A stretch of 60,000 nt of DNA. Origin: Lytechinus pictus (Eukaryota). The position numbers were made by a program, and so were the translations under genes. The stretch is from NCBI RefSeq assembly GCF_037042905.1, contig NC_087251.1, positions 39,682,001 to 39,742,000 of the forward strand. Direction: 5' to 3'. Shown here one piece after another: positions 39,651-53,064 of this stretch. Position 1 is the stretch's first letter. Every line of letters begins with the position of its first letter. The notes under the pieces were generated by a model. The model made no database searches and was not told the DNA's origin. It saw only the letters and a list, made by a program, of their open reading frames with translations.

Positions 39651-40072
39651 CAGGGTTCCCAGCCCATCAGGCAAAATTATTTTACTTTTTTCCAGTCAGG
39701 GAAAAATCAGGAAATTTGATAAAAAATACCTCAAATCGGGGGAAAATGCCTCAAATGAGGGAAAAGTCAGGAAATTTTGATCGAAAGCACGGTAGTCAGT
39801 CAGACTCTTATATTTTGTTGCATATCAAAACAACATCCATTGAATGACTAGTTATGGTGGTCATGGGGTATGGTGGATGGCTGTATGGGGAGGAGAGAGG
39901 CCATAACATGCATGTGTAATAGCACTAATTAGTTTTACATTATTGTTTTTATACTGAAAATACATGTAATTCACTGCAACAACTTAGAAAACATGCGAAA
40001 ACTGGGAATGGGTTTAAATGATTATCAGGAAAAATAAGGGAATTTTGTTTTCTTGAAAAGCTTAGAACCCTG
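39651..40072. mobile_element. hAT-like non-autonomous element with 5-bp TSD
   Basis: TIR CAGGGTTC / GAACCCTG; ATATT duplicated on both sides; subterminal TCAGG(G)AAA repeats. Confidence 0.7.
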
Positions 40073-40856
40073 ATATTGATTTGTAATTCTAGCGTAAGAA
40101 ATTTGATTGATTGCATTCTATTTTAGCTATCTTCGGATCTTAAAATGAGATTATATCTTTGATTGAAGATTTTTTTATATTACCCTCAGGCTAAGAGAAA
40201 GCATGCCACATAATACTGACAAAATTGGGGAGAGAGTCAATGATTTAGAGAAAATGTATTCTTAAATCAGTATATCATACCTCTGTCAAAGTTTTACTTT
40301 CTGAACAAAACATTTCTTTCAGTAGGCAATATTAAATCTTTATTTTTATTTGAGCTGTGTCATATTGAAATGAAAAGTCTTTTAAAACCCTTTCCAGTAG
40401 ATAGTGTAGTTCAAAAAAATTTCATATTAAGTGTGTATTAAAGATTAAAGATGTGTATTAAAAAAACATATTTCATTGGTCTTGAAAAGTTAACATCTAA
40501 GAAATACCTCCATGTTCATACCAATTTGAGGATTTAATAAGGGCTTGGCAAATACAAGGATCAATTTCTTACATTCCTATGAATGAAAAAGAATGGGACT
40601 TTGAAAGGCAATTTGTGCTGGCTTTACTTCTGTGATTGGGTATTTAAAGGAAGTGCATTGGTTTACCAAGAAATCACAGCTTCAATGCGATTGAGACATA
40701 GATCCTGGGTTAGAAATCCAATTGAGCAGATTCATGCATTATTCTATCACCGAAGCTTCTTCCAGATGTTACAGAATGCACCAGCACATGATTTTCTTCT
40801 CTGACCAAGTTGAACGGAGACATGGGGATTTGGTTTGCTGTATATTTTCATTTTAA

Positions 40857-41354
40857 AGGTCAAGTCCACCCGAGATAAAAGTTGATTTGAATAAAAAGGA
40901 AAAAAAAATCAAAGAAGCATAACACTGGAAATTTCATCAAAATCGAATGTGAAATAAGAAAAATATTGCATTTTAAAGTTTCACTTATTTTTCACAAAAC
41001 AGTTATATGCACAACTCGGTGATATGCAAATGAGAGACTTGATGATGTGCCTCGCTCACTATTTCTTTTGTTTTTTACTGTTTGAATTATATAATAAGTC
41101 AATTTTTACAGATTTTTTAACAAGGACCCTCTTGTTTCAACCACAAAATGTAATGAAATAAAAACAGAAATAGTGAGTGTCGTCAGTTTCCTCATTTGCA
41201 TACTGACCAGGATGTGAATATAAGTATTTTGTGAAATTAAACAAAACTTCAAATGCCTGTAATTTATAGTTTACTTCCGATTTTGATGAAATTTTCAGTG
41301 TTATGCTTTCTCTTTTTTATTCAAACCGACTTTTTGTTGGGGTGGATTTGTCCT
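40857..41354. mobile_element. Kolobok-type MITE
   Basis: TTAA TSD; AGGTCAAGTCCACCC / GGGTGGATTTGTCCT. Confidence 0.85.
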
Positions 41355-41475
41355 TTAAGATGGCTAACACCACCACCATCATCATCTTCATGCATACAAC
41401 CTCCTTATTTTTGTTTATTTCATATGTTGATTCTCTATTTTGCTCTCAACTGCTTTAATCTCACTCACTCACTCA

Positions 41476-41748
41476 CCTCCCCCCCTCCCCGATATGTTGT
41501 ATTTCCTTCCATCCTATGTCATCACACCTTGAGGGGAAACATCCTTCACGAGGTGTATTCCTTGTCCCCTTCTCTCTCTCCCTCTCTCTCTCTTTCCCTC
41601 TCACTCCATCTCTCTTTCGCTACTTCCCACTCTCCACCCCCTTCATCTCTCTCCCTCACCACCTCCCCCCCCTCCTTGGATATGTTGTATTTCCTTCCAT
41701 TCCATGTCATCACACCTTGAGGGGAAACATCCTTCATGAGGCGTATTC
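41476..41748. repeat. Local ~85-bp direct duplication separated by a CT tract
   Basis: GATATGTTGTATTTCCTTCCAT...TGTCATCACACCTTGAGGGGAAACATCCTTCA occurs twice. Confidence 0.85.
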
Positions 41749-43442
41749 CCCTTCTAGAGTGTCTGAATTATTAGGAAACCCTAGACCGTGCTGTGCTATG
41801 TAGTATGTGTGATTAATACTACGGTCACACCAACGAAACTGATTCCAAACCGACCGACGGCATGTCATCGGAAATAACAAAGTAACTTTGGTCGGTCCGG
41901 GAATCGTTTCATCAACATTTTCTTGTCTGATAAAGTTGTATCTGACAACCTTTCTTGATTTTGATTGGCTGAGAAGCACTGTTCTACTACTCTAACTGTC
42001 GGATTAAACAGAAATAGGCGGATAAAATATCTGTTGATGAAACATTCCTCTGGTGTTGCTTTCACGGTCGTGACTAGCTGATTTCAAGTACGGTGTTGAC
42101 CTTTTGGTGTTGGTGTCAGGTCAATTATTACAGGATTATAACACCAAACGTAAAATGAAGATGGTCCCGAAAAGTCACTCACTAGTTGTTGAGATGTCAA
42201 TAATGTGATCTGGATCAGTTTTACAAACTCTGAATAAGTTTTGGAGCTAAGGGAAGCAATCCAAATTTCAACACCAAGGCCAAGGCCAACACCGGACTTG
42301 AAATCACCCAATGTGGCAAATCTCTGATGCTCCTGTTACACCCACGAAGCCAACTCCAAGCAGACCAACGGTATATCACCGGAAATAGCGTAATAGCTTT
42401 GGTCTCTCTGGATTTGGTTTCGCCGATGCGACTGTGGCCTAAGTTCTGAATTTGCAAGCTCTATTGATGGAGCACTTGAATTACAAAACAAGGAAAGCAC
42501 CAGCTAGGTAGCAAGGGATGAGATACTGACTCCCTGTTGATACCTTCAGGGGGTTGGAGGTGGAGAAGGAAGGGACTCCCCCCCCCCCCCCTTGATGGAG
42601 TAGTTGTAGCAGTAGCATCAATCTTCATTATTAAACACAGTTGTGATAAGAGCATAATTACTGCCTCTCTTTTCCTTTTCTCTTGATGAAAGAGTTAAAT
42701 CTATCCGTATTTATACCTTTGGGGTATACTGTGACTAAAAATGCAGCCCCTCCCTCTTCTCCACCATGTTGCTTACACCGGTGCTTTTATTTTGCATCAC
42801 ATCTCAGGAACCCTGTCTATTGCCAATCAGTTTATCGCTGTGGTCACGTTTCTGTGGGTTTGGGGGGGGGGTTGAGCTGTATGAAAATAACAGCATTTCA
42901 TCTCATAACAACTTTGATGATATCTTGTTGTGCACTTCAAAGATATATCAATTTTCTAGTGCGTGTTTCATGGAGCATCTTTTCAGTGATTTTCACTCAA
43001 AAATTTCACCTGAGCCAATCAGAGGCAGGGATTTCAGTAGCTTATTTGGTGAAAAATCATTCTGTGTTTCATGAAATTCTCCTCTGTTTGTCTGATTCTG
43101 GCTTGCCAGAACAGCTGGACATTTCTAACTCCCTCTGTAGTATTCCAAGAAGGCACTATGATGCTCAGTTGCTCACAACGTGTGTTAACAGTGGAGCATT
43201 GCATGAAACTCTGGATCAAATGCAAATCAGTTTTATGTCCAATCACAAATTTGCAATTGATTGCTGATCTGCTTCCTGTATGAAGGCGTGTACAGTGTAA
43301 ACTGTCAATTGCAAAACTTGCAACAGAAATTTTCTGTTGATTGCAAATGTATTTGTGCGACATCCCCCGAAGGCTTCCAAAGACATTTCTGTTTCTCGCC
43401 CTGGATACTCTTCTACATGTCTTTTTCTCTCTCCCTTTCCAG

Positions 43443-43624
43443 CAGCTGAACTTGAGAACCTGCGATCGATGTTCAAGGAGAAAGAGCATGAGCTTGCCAA
43501 TGCGGTGGCCAAGGTGGACCAACTTACACATCAGCTGGAGAACATCAGGAGAGGAAACACAGGAAGCTCACTGCAGTCTTCAGCAGCCTCTCAGGAACTT
43601 GAGAGACTCCGGAGAGAGCTCTTA
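43443..43624 (+). CDS. PPP1R13B: ASPP-family protein, coiled-coil exon
   Basis: AG/GT, phase 1-0; (S)AELENLRSMFKEKEHELANAVAKVDQLTHQLENIRRG...ELERLRRELL. Confidence 0.92.
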
Positions 43625-43799
43625 GTGAGAACAAGCTATTTTCTATTTTACTAGTACATATTGACATTAACGATAATAATGATAATGATAATAATAGTGC
43701 ATGTTGTTCGGCCATCTCTATCACACATCTACCCAACCCTTGTCCTCTACGCTTCTTGTGTACATAACTGGAAAAAATGTTTATAAGACTACTACGAAC

Positions 43800-43985
43800 A
43801 ACTACAACAACAACTTAATTTATATAGCATTTTTCCATAGGATACAAAGCACAACTATTATTACTCTGGCTTTAGCTGGAGCTGCCGTTTCATCAGCAGC
43901 ACGCGGTGCATTCATGGAATTAGTTCTGCCAGGTATCGATTCACCTCCCCTGGGTTGAGTGCAGGCCAGTCTGGATAAATATTTA
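43800..43985 (-). mobile_element. CORE-type SINE fragment
   Basis: Homologous to 1960-2186 (TTCACCTC.CCTGGGTTGAGTGCAG). Confidence 0.55.
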
Positions 43986-44008
43986 TGTTTGTTCGTACCA
44001 GCTACCTT

Positions 44009-44360
44009 TTTGTCTCGCACACCAGAGGTGAAGGCGAGACTAACGGATCCAAATGTTGTCCGTCCGTCACAAACATAATGACACATAAGTCCAAAACCAT
44101 TAGTCACTTTTCAACCAAACTTGGAGGGTAGGTGTACTTAGGGGACCTGCGTGCTATGCTGCAGTCCGAGGTCACATGGTAAGGTCAAAGGTCATTTTCA
44201 GGTCAACATTAAAGTTCATGTGCAAGACTCTTATGACATGTTATTCCATCCCAGTTATTTTACAATGAACTTTGATACAATTCTGTTGCATGCCCTAGCA
44301 AATCACGATATTTCTGGTTACTTTCACAAGTGGGCGAGACACAACATCGCTTATGCCTTG
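44009..44360 (+). mobile_element. Helentron-associated (HINE/DINE-1-like) element
   Basis: Subterminal IR TGTCTCGCACAC / GTGGGCGAGACA, (GTCC)n microsatellite, CTTG|TT end in a T-run site. Confidence 0.7.
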
Positions 44361-45503
44361 TTGATGTTGTATCAGATACTTATCTCCATTAAGTTATTCT
44401 TATGAAATTCTAAGTCACGGTCGATTCAAAGTGAAAATATTGAACATTATAATAAATAACTAATAGAAGTTTCAAAGAATTGAATTCCCTTTGAGAAGTT
44501 TATTTTCAGTGTGAAGTGGAATATAATCTGTTTAAAAGGCTATTTTTCCAACCACTTTTCTTACAGTCACAATTTTTGCATGCTTATTTTGTTTAAAACT
44601 TGTCTTAAGGATTTTCATCTTGTAAAATGCAATTTGCCAGTCTGCTAGAAGTGTGGTATATAAACCCCTCAAAAAAAGTTTGGAAATCTGAGTTTGGCCA
44701 TTGAATTTTCCCAACTCCCAATTTTACACAATGCATATTTGATATCATTCGAAAGATTATTCAATTCTCTATAAATTGATACCATGCTTGTTATGATCAT
44801 GCCATCACAAAAAGAGCAGGATTCAAAAGTGTTGGATGAGATCTGAATCGTAAAGCTGCAAAACGAGCAGAAATAGTCATGAAGGGTCAATAAAGAACAT
44901 GATTCTTTTGTTTGTGTCAATAGAGATGAAAATCCATTCACATCAAGCCCCTGCTTCTTCATTTTTGATGTTATGTTGTGGTTTATGTAGTGATGGTTCT
45001 GTGAGATAACATGGTTTGAGTCGTGGTTTGAAATACCCATGCATGTTTGTTATGTGTTTGCTTGTGCAGAGGTGTGTTTGATTTCATGTTAATATTGATG
45101 TTAAGGTGCATGAAAACAAAAGAAACCGCTGATAAACATCACCACGGAAAAAGAGAACAGTGATTTTCAATATTGTGTCATTTTGCAACTTTTGAATTTC
45201 TACCTTGCCCCACATTTGAAGGCACTGCACCTCCGTGTGAACCATAATCATATCATGTAGGGTATCATTTTAAAGAGAAATAAATGATCTATTTATTGGT
45301 ATCAATAACACATTAATATTCACTAAAACCTAGGAGGGGTTATAGATCCATGTCAGATTTCCAAACTTTTTTTGAGGAGTTTATATATATATCAATGAAA
45401 ATCCCCTTTTGAAGGGAAGGGGAAAATTTCCTATTCAGTCTTTGATTTAATATTAAAGGAAAGCATCTTTTACCCTGTAGCTTTATTGTTTGTGTCTTTA
45501 CAG

Positions 45504-47540
45504 CATCGCAATCAGAAGAATGATCAACAGAGTAGGTTGGTAGAAAATCAGAGGAAGGTCCTCGGCCAGAGAAAGGGTGATGTGATCCTTATCGACAAGA
45601 GAATTGAAGAACTGACCGAGCTTCTCCGACAGAAAAGATCAATGCAGAACCAGCAGCGACAGTCCCCTGTTCCAGGCGGACAGAGATCAGCCCCGTCTAA
45701 CAATACCAACAACAATGCAACAACCAGGAGTTTACCCAATGGCAATGTAGGTCAGATGCGACCAGATGGACCTCAGGACTATGACAGGAGCAGCCCCCAG
45801 TCGGACAGTAGTGGTCAGTATCCCGGTCAGAGGCCACCGCTGGCACCTCGTCCAAACCGCCTTTACAATGGAACCAACGGTAGTGATGGTAATCGACAGA
45901 GGCCTGTGGTGCCGGGCAACAAACCAGTTCCTGCTCCAAAGCCATCCATTGTTAATCACCCAGGAGGGTTCAAACCTCGCACAGGATCATCAGTGCCGAT
46001 CACAGGACCTCAAGGAACTCCTCTGGTTCCTTCACAGACGCACCTAGATGCTGGGCAGAGGAAGCCTGAGGGAAACGTTGATGCTAGTGGGAGTGAGACT
46101 TCCTCTTTGACAGAGAACTCTAGTCTGGACAGTGTACCCAGCTCTACTAGCTATTCCCACCTGAGACAGAGTGGAAACCTTGCATCAAACAACAGGCCAG
46201 GTGCAGGATCTCCTAACCAAGGTGTTGGCAACCGTTGGCCAGGGCCAAACAGGCCAGGTTCTCCAAGTCAAGATAATAAAGATCTCCGGGTGCAAGTCCA
46301 GAGAAATCTTCCACTCTCCCAGAATGATCCTCGAGGAAATTACCTTTTTAACCGTCCTGCTGGCGACAGGTCTCCTATGTATAGTCCAAGTGGTCAACCC
46401 TCTTCTTCATCATGGGACACCACTGACCTTGATTCTACACAACTGCCACCTCCGGCTCAGCAAGGTGTCATGAGGCACCCTCCATCTCCGACGGGAAAGA
46501 AAGGCCCACCTCCACCTCCAAGAAATGAAAATACCAGGTTAACAAACTATGGTAATGTTACCCCATCCTCTAGTGCTCCGAGTTCCCCTTTCCAAGGTCC
46601 AAGCAAGTCAGTTTATGGCCAGGCTAACTCTTCTCATGGTCCAGATTCCACTCTTCCTCCCACTAGTGAAAGCACGGATTCCACCCGGCCTCATCACCAA
46701 CGATCACCGGCCACCGTTGGCATGTATGCCCCTCCACCCAATGCCCATGATCGCAACTACAACAGGCCAAGCTTTGAGCAAGGTTACCACAACCCACCCT
46801 ATTACCCAGGACGATCAATGAACTTCCACACCTCTGATCTCTTCCCAATCAGCGACATGCAGGGGTTGCCAGAGGAGTCTGAAGATGCACCTATCTCTCC
46901 CAACAGACCTGCAAGCCCTGTCAAGTTCCCAACACTCACCCTGCAGCGGTATATGGACCCCAAGAGGATTCACAACATGCCACGTCCCCTGAAGAAGCGT
47001 CTCTCCTACACTGAGAGCAAGGATGAGAACTTCTCTTTCCTGAATGCCGAGCTTCGCAACAAGCTTCCTTTCTACCAGCAGGACCCAAGTCTACCCCAAG
47101 CCAAGCCTGAAGGATTCCATGTTCCAAATCAGCCACAGCACTTCAAGCAGCAACCACCTGCCCCAGGAGGACCTGGATCCATCACCTTGGCTCCCATAGC
47201 TTCAGGTGAATCTGACAAATCCTCAGACACAACCCTTCCTGAGGACACCAAGACTGAACCCAAACCCTCTGGTGATGCCGACAAGAAAACCGATAATCAG
47301 AACAGCAAGTACCGAAACGATGCCATCATGAGCCACCAGCAGTATAGCAAGGCTCTGTCTCAAGTTGGTCGGTCACCGATCATCGAACAAACCAAGAAAC
47401 AAGTGAAGGGCATCAAAGGTATCCTGAAGAATCCGAAGAGCAAGAGCAAGGGTATCAGGGTTCGCTTTGATCCCTTAGCACTCCTCCTGGATGCATCTCT
47501 GGAGGGCGAGTTCAGCCTTGTCAGACGAATCATTCCAGAG
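45504..47540 (+). CDS. PPP1R13B: ASPP-family protein, 2037-bp exon: Pro/Ser-rich region, PP1-binding motifs, start of ankyrin repeats
   Basis: AG/GT, phase 0-0, 679 codons; ends ...GILK...RVRFDPLALLLDASLEGEFSLVRRIIPE. Confidence 0.95.
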
Positions 47541-48168
47541 GTAAGTGTTGATGACTTTTTAACCCTTGTAAAGAGGATCGTATATTTTATTAATGCTTTG
47601 CATATAGAGAAAAATAATATAAACTTATCATGGTTAATCAGAGAAAACATGCTTGAATATAAATTTTATACAACAGTCAACTTTGCATTTTCAGACAAAC
47701 CATTAAAGATTGAAAATAGAGCCCAAGATTTTGAAGATACTTAACTTTATTCAGAGTGTAAACAAGCTTAAAACAATCAACCTTAAAGAATATTTTTACA
47801 AACTCGATCGATGATATATATATATGATCGGTCAGCTTAGGGAGTTGTTATGTAATTTATCATTGTTAGTGAGAATCCCTGTAGAAATATATTTTCAGTG
47901 CTGACATTCAGTATGTTTGGATCACAAAGTTTTCTCTCTGATTTACCATTTTGAGGGTTTCTTGTGTGTGAAAGCATTTTTCAAATCAAGAATAGAAATG
48001 TCATTATTGGATAAAGTAATTGTCTGTCAAACATGTTAACATACTTCTGCTAAGTCAAATTTCTACTTCATCACACAATTTGAGTTGGGTAAATTCAATA
48101 GTTTACTTATGGATTATTATATGAGAAATGGTGGACAATCATCTATTCTTTTCTTTCTCATTTTCCAG

Positions 48169-48302
48169 GTGTCGAACCCCAGTGGTGCCAATGATGAAGG
48201 TATCACTGCACTCCACAATGCTATCTGTGCTAACCATTATGAGATTGTCAACTTCCTGATCCAGTATGGTGTGGATGTCAATTCTCCTGACAGCGATGGA
48301 TG
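48169..48302 (+). CDS. PPP1R13B: ASPP-family protein, ankyrin exon
   Basis: Phase 0-2; VSNPSGANDEGITALHNAICANHYEIVNFLIQYGVDVNSPDSDG(W). Confidence 0.96.
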
Positions 48303-48914
48303 GTAAAAACTGGTTTCCACTTTTCTATTAATGATCATCAATAGGCTTCCTTAGTTAACTTGTTGATGCCTTGATTTCATTACTGGGTTGTTATTGAATT
48401 TTCACATTTGACATCTGATCTTCTTTCTAAACACCTTGAAAGATATATAAATATTTTAGTGACCGAATACAGCAATTAACATAATTATCCTGCGTTCCTT
48501 GGTCTCGTTTGATCTAACATTCATTGCAGTTTGTGGGAGAGCAAAAATTTTGGCCTTTTTGGTGCTAATAATTAAAATATGAATTATCATCACCAATAAT
48601 TCCTTTTTAAATTTCTGAAAAAAATGATTCCTCCCTCTATACCTATGTATGTAAAAAAAATATCCTGCAGAATATATATATTTAAAAAAAACTTGTCAGT
48701 CATGGTAAACTATTGCATGGACAGTGATCCCAGAGGACTCTGAATTTCTAATGGTGTACAGCAGCCTATGATGGAGTGTTGCCACCCATCCCCTCTGTCG
48801 TGAGAAGAAATCGCTGTGCATGCACCATCGCGTATGAAAAAAAAGGTCCATAATAATCCGGAAAGATTATCCAAAATATTAACTGTCATTTTATATGTTA
48901 ATTCAACTTGGTAG

Positions 48915-49081
48915 GACTCCACTGCATTGTGCTGCCTCTTGCAATAACATCATCATGGTGCGCAACCTGGTAGAACATGGAGCGTGCCTCTATGCTACCA
49001 CCATCAGTGACAGGGAGACACCGGCCCAGAAGTGCGAGGAGGAGGAAGAGGGATTCCAAGGGTGCTCGGATTATCTCTTTG
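48915..49081 (+). CDS. PPP1R13B: ASPP-family protein, ankyrin exon
   Basis: Phase 2-1; [55 protein letters not shown]. Confidence 0.96.
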
Positions 49082-49660
49082 GTGAGTATTGTCCTACTGA
49101 GGATTCAATCATGGACAAACTCCTTTCCCTATCCCTCCCCTTACTATTACCTTTTACACTATAATTCTTATTCACTAGCAGACATCACCCGGTTTCTTTT
49201 TGTGCTGTTCAGCATTTTCATGGCAATATTTCAGTGGAGCATGATGACATAAATCCACACACCACATTCGACGTGATTTGGTTTATGGGTGCCCAAGGTA
49301 TAGCCAAATGAAAACCTCAAGTGAAAACATTGAATTCAGTGTAAATCGGCCTGGTTCATTGCTGTTTGTAACCTGGCCAATTTCAAAAAGCCTCATATGG
49401 TCACATCTTTGGCCCTCATGGACAAATTCCCATTTCCTTCCAAATGTGCGTTGTTTTTGTCATGTACCCCAAGATATGATATCAAATGGTATCATATGTT
49501 TGAAAGCAATCATGTGATAAAATTCTAGTTGTGTACATCCCATACAAACTGTAGGTAATTCTGTAACATGTACTTCTATATAAAGCTGTCCAAGAAATTT
49601 CACTCTTGATGGTTCATGAAACGGATCCCAAGGCTCATGACATTAACTCCTCCCTCACAG

Positions 49661-49860
49661 GAAAGCAAAATAAGATGGGCGTCGACCCCAACGTGGCAGT
49701 CTGCGCCGTCTACTCCTACTTGGCTGAGAAGGATGATGAAGTGAGCTTCCGTGATGGAGACGAGGTGTTCGTCTTGAAGAAGGGCGATGATAAGGAAGAG
49801 GAGTGGTGGTGGGCCAGGGTGAACGACAAGGAAGGCTACATTCCACGCAACCTCTTGGCG
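49661..49860 (+). CDS. PPP1R13B: ASPP-family protein, SH3 exon
   Basis: Phase 1-0; AVYSYLAEKDDEVSFRDGD...EEEWWWARVNDKEGYIPRNLLA. Confidence 0.96.
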
Positions 49861-49884
49861 GTAAGTTGGCAGGAGGGTTTCCAA

Positions 49885-50295
49885 AGGCCACCGCACGCAC
49901 ACCTTACGACTGTTTGCGATCCGATTTTGGAACAAATCGCATTTTGCTCATTTACTGAAAATGTGAATGGAACATGTCATTTTATTTGAGGTTAAAATTA
50001 ATTGAAAGAATACTAATATAACCATTTTGTAAGATTGTAAACCTTTATTTTGGAGTAAAGGCCAAATTGGTTTCAAATCGTAGCCAACTGCTATGATGTC
50101 ATAACGACTAGATATTAAATTTGCTTTTATTCTAAGAAGGATGATAGCATAGTCACAGATTTGAACATAGGTATTCGGACGATGATTTTGAACATTACAC
50201 AGTAAGATATTCCAAGTCTCAATATTAGCATCAAATTCTACTACGTTTTATTCCAAAGTTGAGTCGCAGACCAATCGTAAGGTGTGCGATCGCCT
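49885..50295. mobile_element. TIR MITE in the last ASPP intron
   Basis: AGGCCACC..GCACACCTTACGA / TCGTAAGGTGTGCGATCGCCT. Confidence 0.6.
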
Positions 50296-50664
50296 TAATG
50301 ATCAGAGAATTTCAAAATAAGTTTTTGAGGTAAAAAGGAAGATGCTAGATGTGGAATGAAATGAGAAGGGTAGAAACCACGTACAGTAGTTGCTTTTTAG
50401 GTGGAAAAGGGTTGTGTTTGATGGCATTTCTTTGTATTCCTCCCAGTTATTCTGAATTTGAATGAAGAATGTGAATTGTGACTAATTGATTTGCCATTTT
50501 TCTTCATGATCTGTCAACACATTCCTACGGTAAATATTAATTGTTTCCTATTTTGAAGTTTAAAAGGTTGGAAAAATGTATCATGTCTGTTCAGACAAGT
50601 TCTATCTAATTGGTTCCCTTCCACATCTATTTTACAACTATTTCTTTGTGTGTCTTTCCAACAG

Positions 50665-50697
50665 TCTTATCCTCGAGTGAAGCCTCTCTATAGATGA
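50665..50697 (+). CDS. PPP1R13B: ASPP-family protein, terminal coding exon
   Basis: CAG acceptor, then SYPRVKPLYR-TGA, resembling the YPRIKP C-terminus of ASPP1/2. Confidence 0.9.
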   Translation, partial: SYPRVKPLYR

Positions 50698-51174
50698 TAG
50701 CCTTTTATTCAAAGGTTTCAGTAGCCATGGACCAAGTAAGAACAGGACCTATGCAGAGTAGACCAGGACCTGCTTGGACCTGCTTCACAGAACATTGCTC
50801 ATTCTCATGTTGTATTACACAATCAATGGAAGGATTGTTGAAGGATTTAGACTAGTTCCTTTCCCAACTTTCCCCTCTTTGGCACAAAAGGCATTCCTGT
50901 CTGTTGACTGGTTGTCGACCTGGCTGTAAAAGTGATGGACACTGTTATAGAAATGTATCATACAAGTAAAAGATCAGTGACTTTATATAGTAGTTGTATT
51001 TATTATTTGTTTTGGACTTATTTTTATTCAGATTTATCATTTCCTGTTTCATTCATAGTCAATGTATGAATTTGAATGAATGTATCATTTATTATTATAT
51101 ACTATTATATATCTGTTATCAATATCTTGCACTCTGCACTGTGAAGATTTCAAGTGGTACATCTGTCAGAATTT

Positions 51175-51548
51175 GTTATTATTATTTGCTTGGGGTCACC
51201 TGTGCCAGGTAGGCAAAATACGAACTGAATCACTATGACCGCAGGTCTCCCCTCCCGATATAACTGATTGGGGGAGTGCAGGTGGACCACTACACCGAGG
51301 TTTCCCCCTTCTCTCATACGAATAGTGCAGTGGGTTCTTAACATGCAAAGGTGGCGACTCTTCTCTACACGGGACCTCCATTTAATGTCCTATCAGAGTG
51401 ACAGAGTGTTTTCCACTGTAGCATAGCCTGCATCTATGAAACATGGGAGAGACGTTTACACACAACACAGGCTTCAGTGGTCTGCCCAGGGTGGACTCGA
51501 ACCCACAACCTTTGGTTCAACAGGCAGACACTTTACCGACAGGACCAA
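51175..51548 (-). mobile_element. tRNA-derived SINE (Meta-domain-like)
   Basis: Minus-strand head with B-box GGTTCGAGTCC; central GGAGGTCCCGTGT...GCATGTTAAGAACCC; TAA-rich tail. Confidence 0.7.
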
Positions 51549-52193
51549 CCTAATTTATTTGAATCAAATTGATTTATAGTATCACTGTGGTAGATAAGAA
51601 GAAGTGTTCTGTTATTTGGTTTGGGTTACTGGTGATTATTTTCTCAATTAGTAATGTATTAAAAATAGCACAGAACTTGGAACCCAGTTCGCCTCCTCCC
51701 ATATAGGCCTATCCATTTTTTTCATATTCTTGATACCAACATGTATACCCTGCCATCAAATAAGTGGAAATTAAATTGTGAATTTTTGGTTTTAAAAATA
51801 TGAGCCCTTTGATTTCTTCTCTATTTTTAAGGCAGGACTGTCTGGAAGCTCACTAGAAAAATTTATATTTCTATTAACTATTCAATTCTTCAGTTATGAA
51901 CAAGAGGTTGTCCATAATCAAAATGCAATGGAATACCTTAAGATATAGAAAAATACAGAGCATATTTACTGTAGGTTCATGGTATTCAAAGTATGTGTTC
52001 TTATATGTGTTGTCAATGGAGTTGTTAAAGCTATCTTCATCTAAACGACAAACCGACGTACAGTTTTGTGCCCACCCAACAAGCGCAATTTTCCTGTGGC
52101 AATGAAAATGCTGACAATTTGGTATAAATAAGTTTCCACCACTATAAGCGTGATCATTCATGACAATTACTGAGCTACATAAATATTTTTTTG

Positions 52194-53064
52194 TTATATG
52201 CCCGTCCTATGGGAAGTATTATGGTATCACGCTCGGTGTCCTTCCGTTCGTCTCTCCATTAACTTTTCCTTGTAAACGCGATAAGGTCAGTTTAACTTAA
52301 CCTAAGCTCATATAACTTGGTGTGTATGATACTAGCATGGATCCCAGGGAGCCTATTGATTTTGGGGTCAAAGGTCAAGGTCACAGTGACATCTTTTCAT
52401 CTTACCCTTCTGCAGTCCTTGTAAGCATAACTACAGTTTAACTTAACCTACACTCATAGTATTTGGTGGTGTATGATACTAGCCTGGATTCAGGAAGCCT
52501 ATCAGTTATGAGATCAAAAGGTCAAAGTCACACTGACATGTTTTCATTTTACCTTTTCTGCAGTCCTTGTTAACGCAATAACTTCAGTTGAACTTAATCT
52601 AGGCTCATGTTATTTGGTGTGTATGATACTAGCATGAATCCCAGCAAGAGTATTGTTTTTGAGGTCAAAGGTCAAGGTCACATTGACATGTTTTCATCTT
52701 GCCCTTCTGCAGTCCTTGTAAACGCGATAACTTCAGTTTAACTTAATCTCGGCTCATGTTATTTGGTGTGTATGATACTAGCATGAATCCCAGCAAGCGT
52801 ATTGATTTTGAGGTCAAAGGTCAAGGTCACACTGACATGTTTTCATTTTACCCTTCTGCAGTCCTTGTAAATGGGATAACTTCAGTTTAACTTAATCTAG
52901 GCTCATATAATTTGGTGTATATGATACTAGCATAGATCTCAGGAATTCTATTGATTTTGAGGTCAGAAGGTCAAGTCGCCACCTTCCACTTTTCTTGCTT
53001 GACCAATAACTATATTCTGTGTTAGAGGCGGGCGTATTATGTGCTCGCCTTAGCGACACTCTTG
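52194..53064 (+). mobile_element. Helentron-associated element with ~5 tandem copies of a ~150-bp unit
   Basis: SubTIR TATATGCCCGTC / GGCGGGCGTATTA, 3' hairpin GTGCTCGCCTTAGCGACAC, CTTG|TT end; TATGATACTAGC recurs about every 150 bp. Confidence 0.8.

Noticed and set aside
45486..47744. 752-aa ORF as a complete single-exon gene
   Set aside because: It begins at a TTG within the acceptor tract and reads through the donor at 47541; it is an internal ASPP exon (45504-47540).
51480..51548. tRNA gene
   Set aside because: B-box present, but no complete cloverleaf seen, and it continues into a SINE body and tail.
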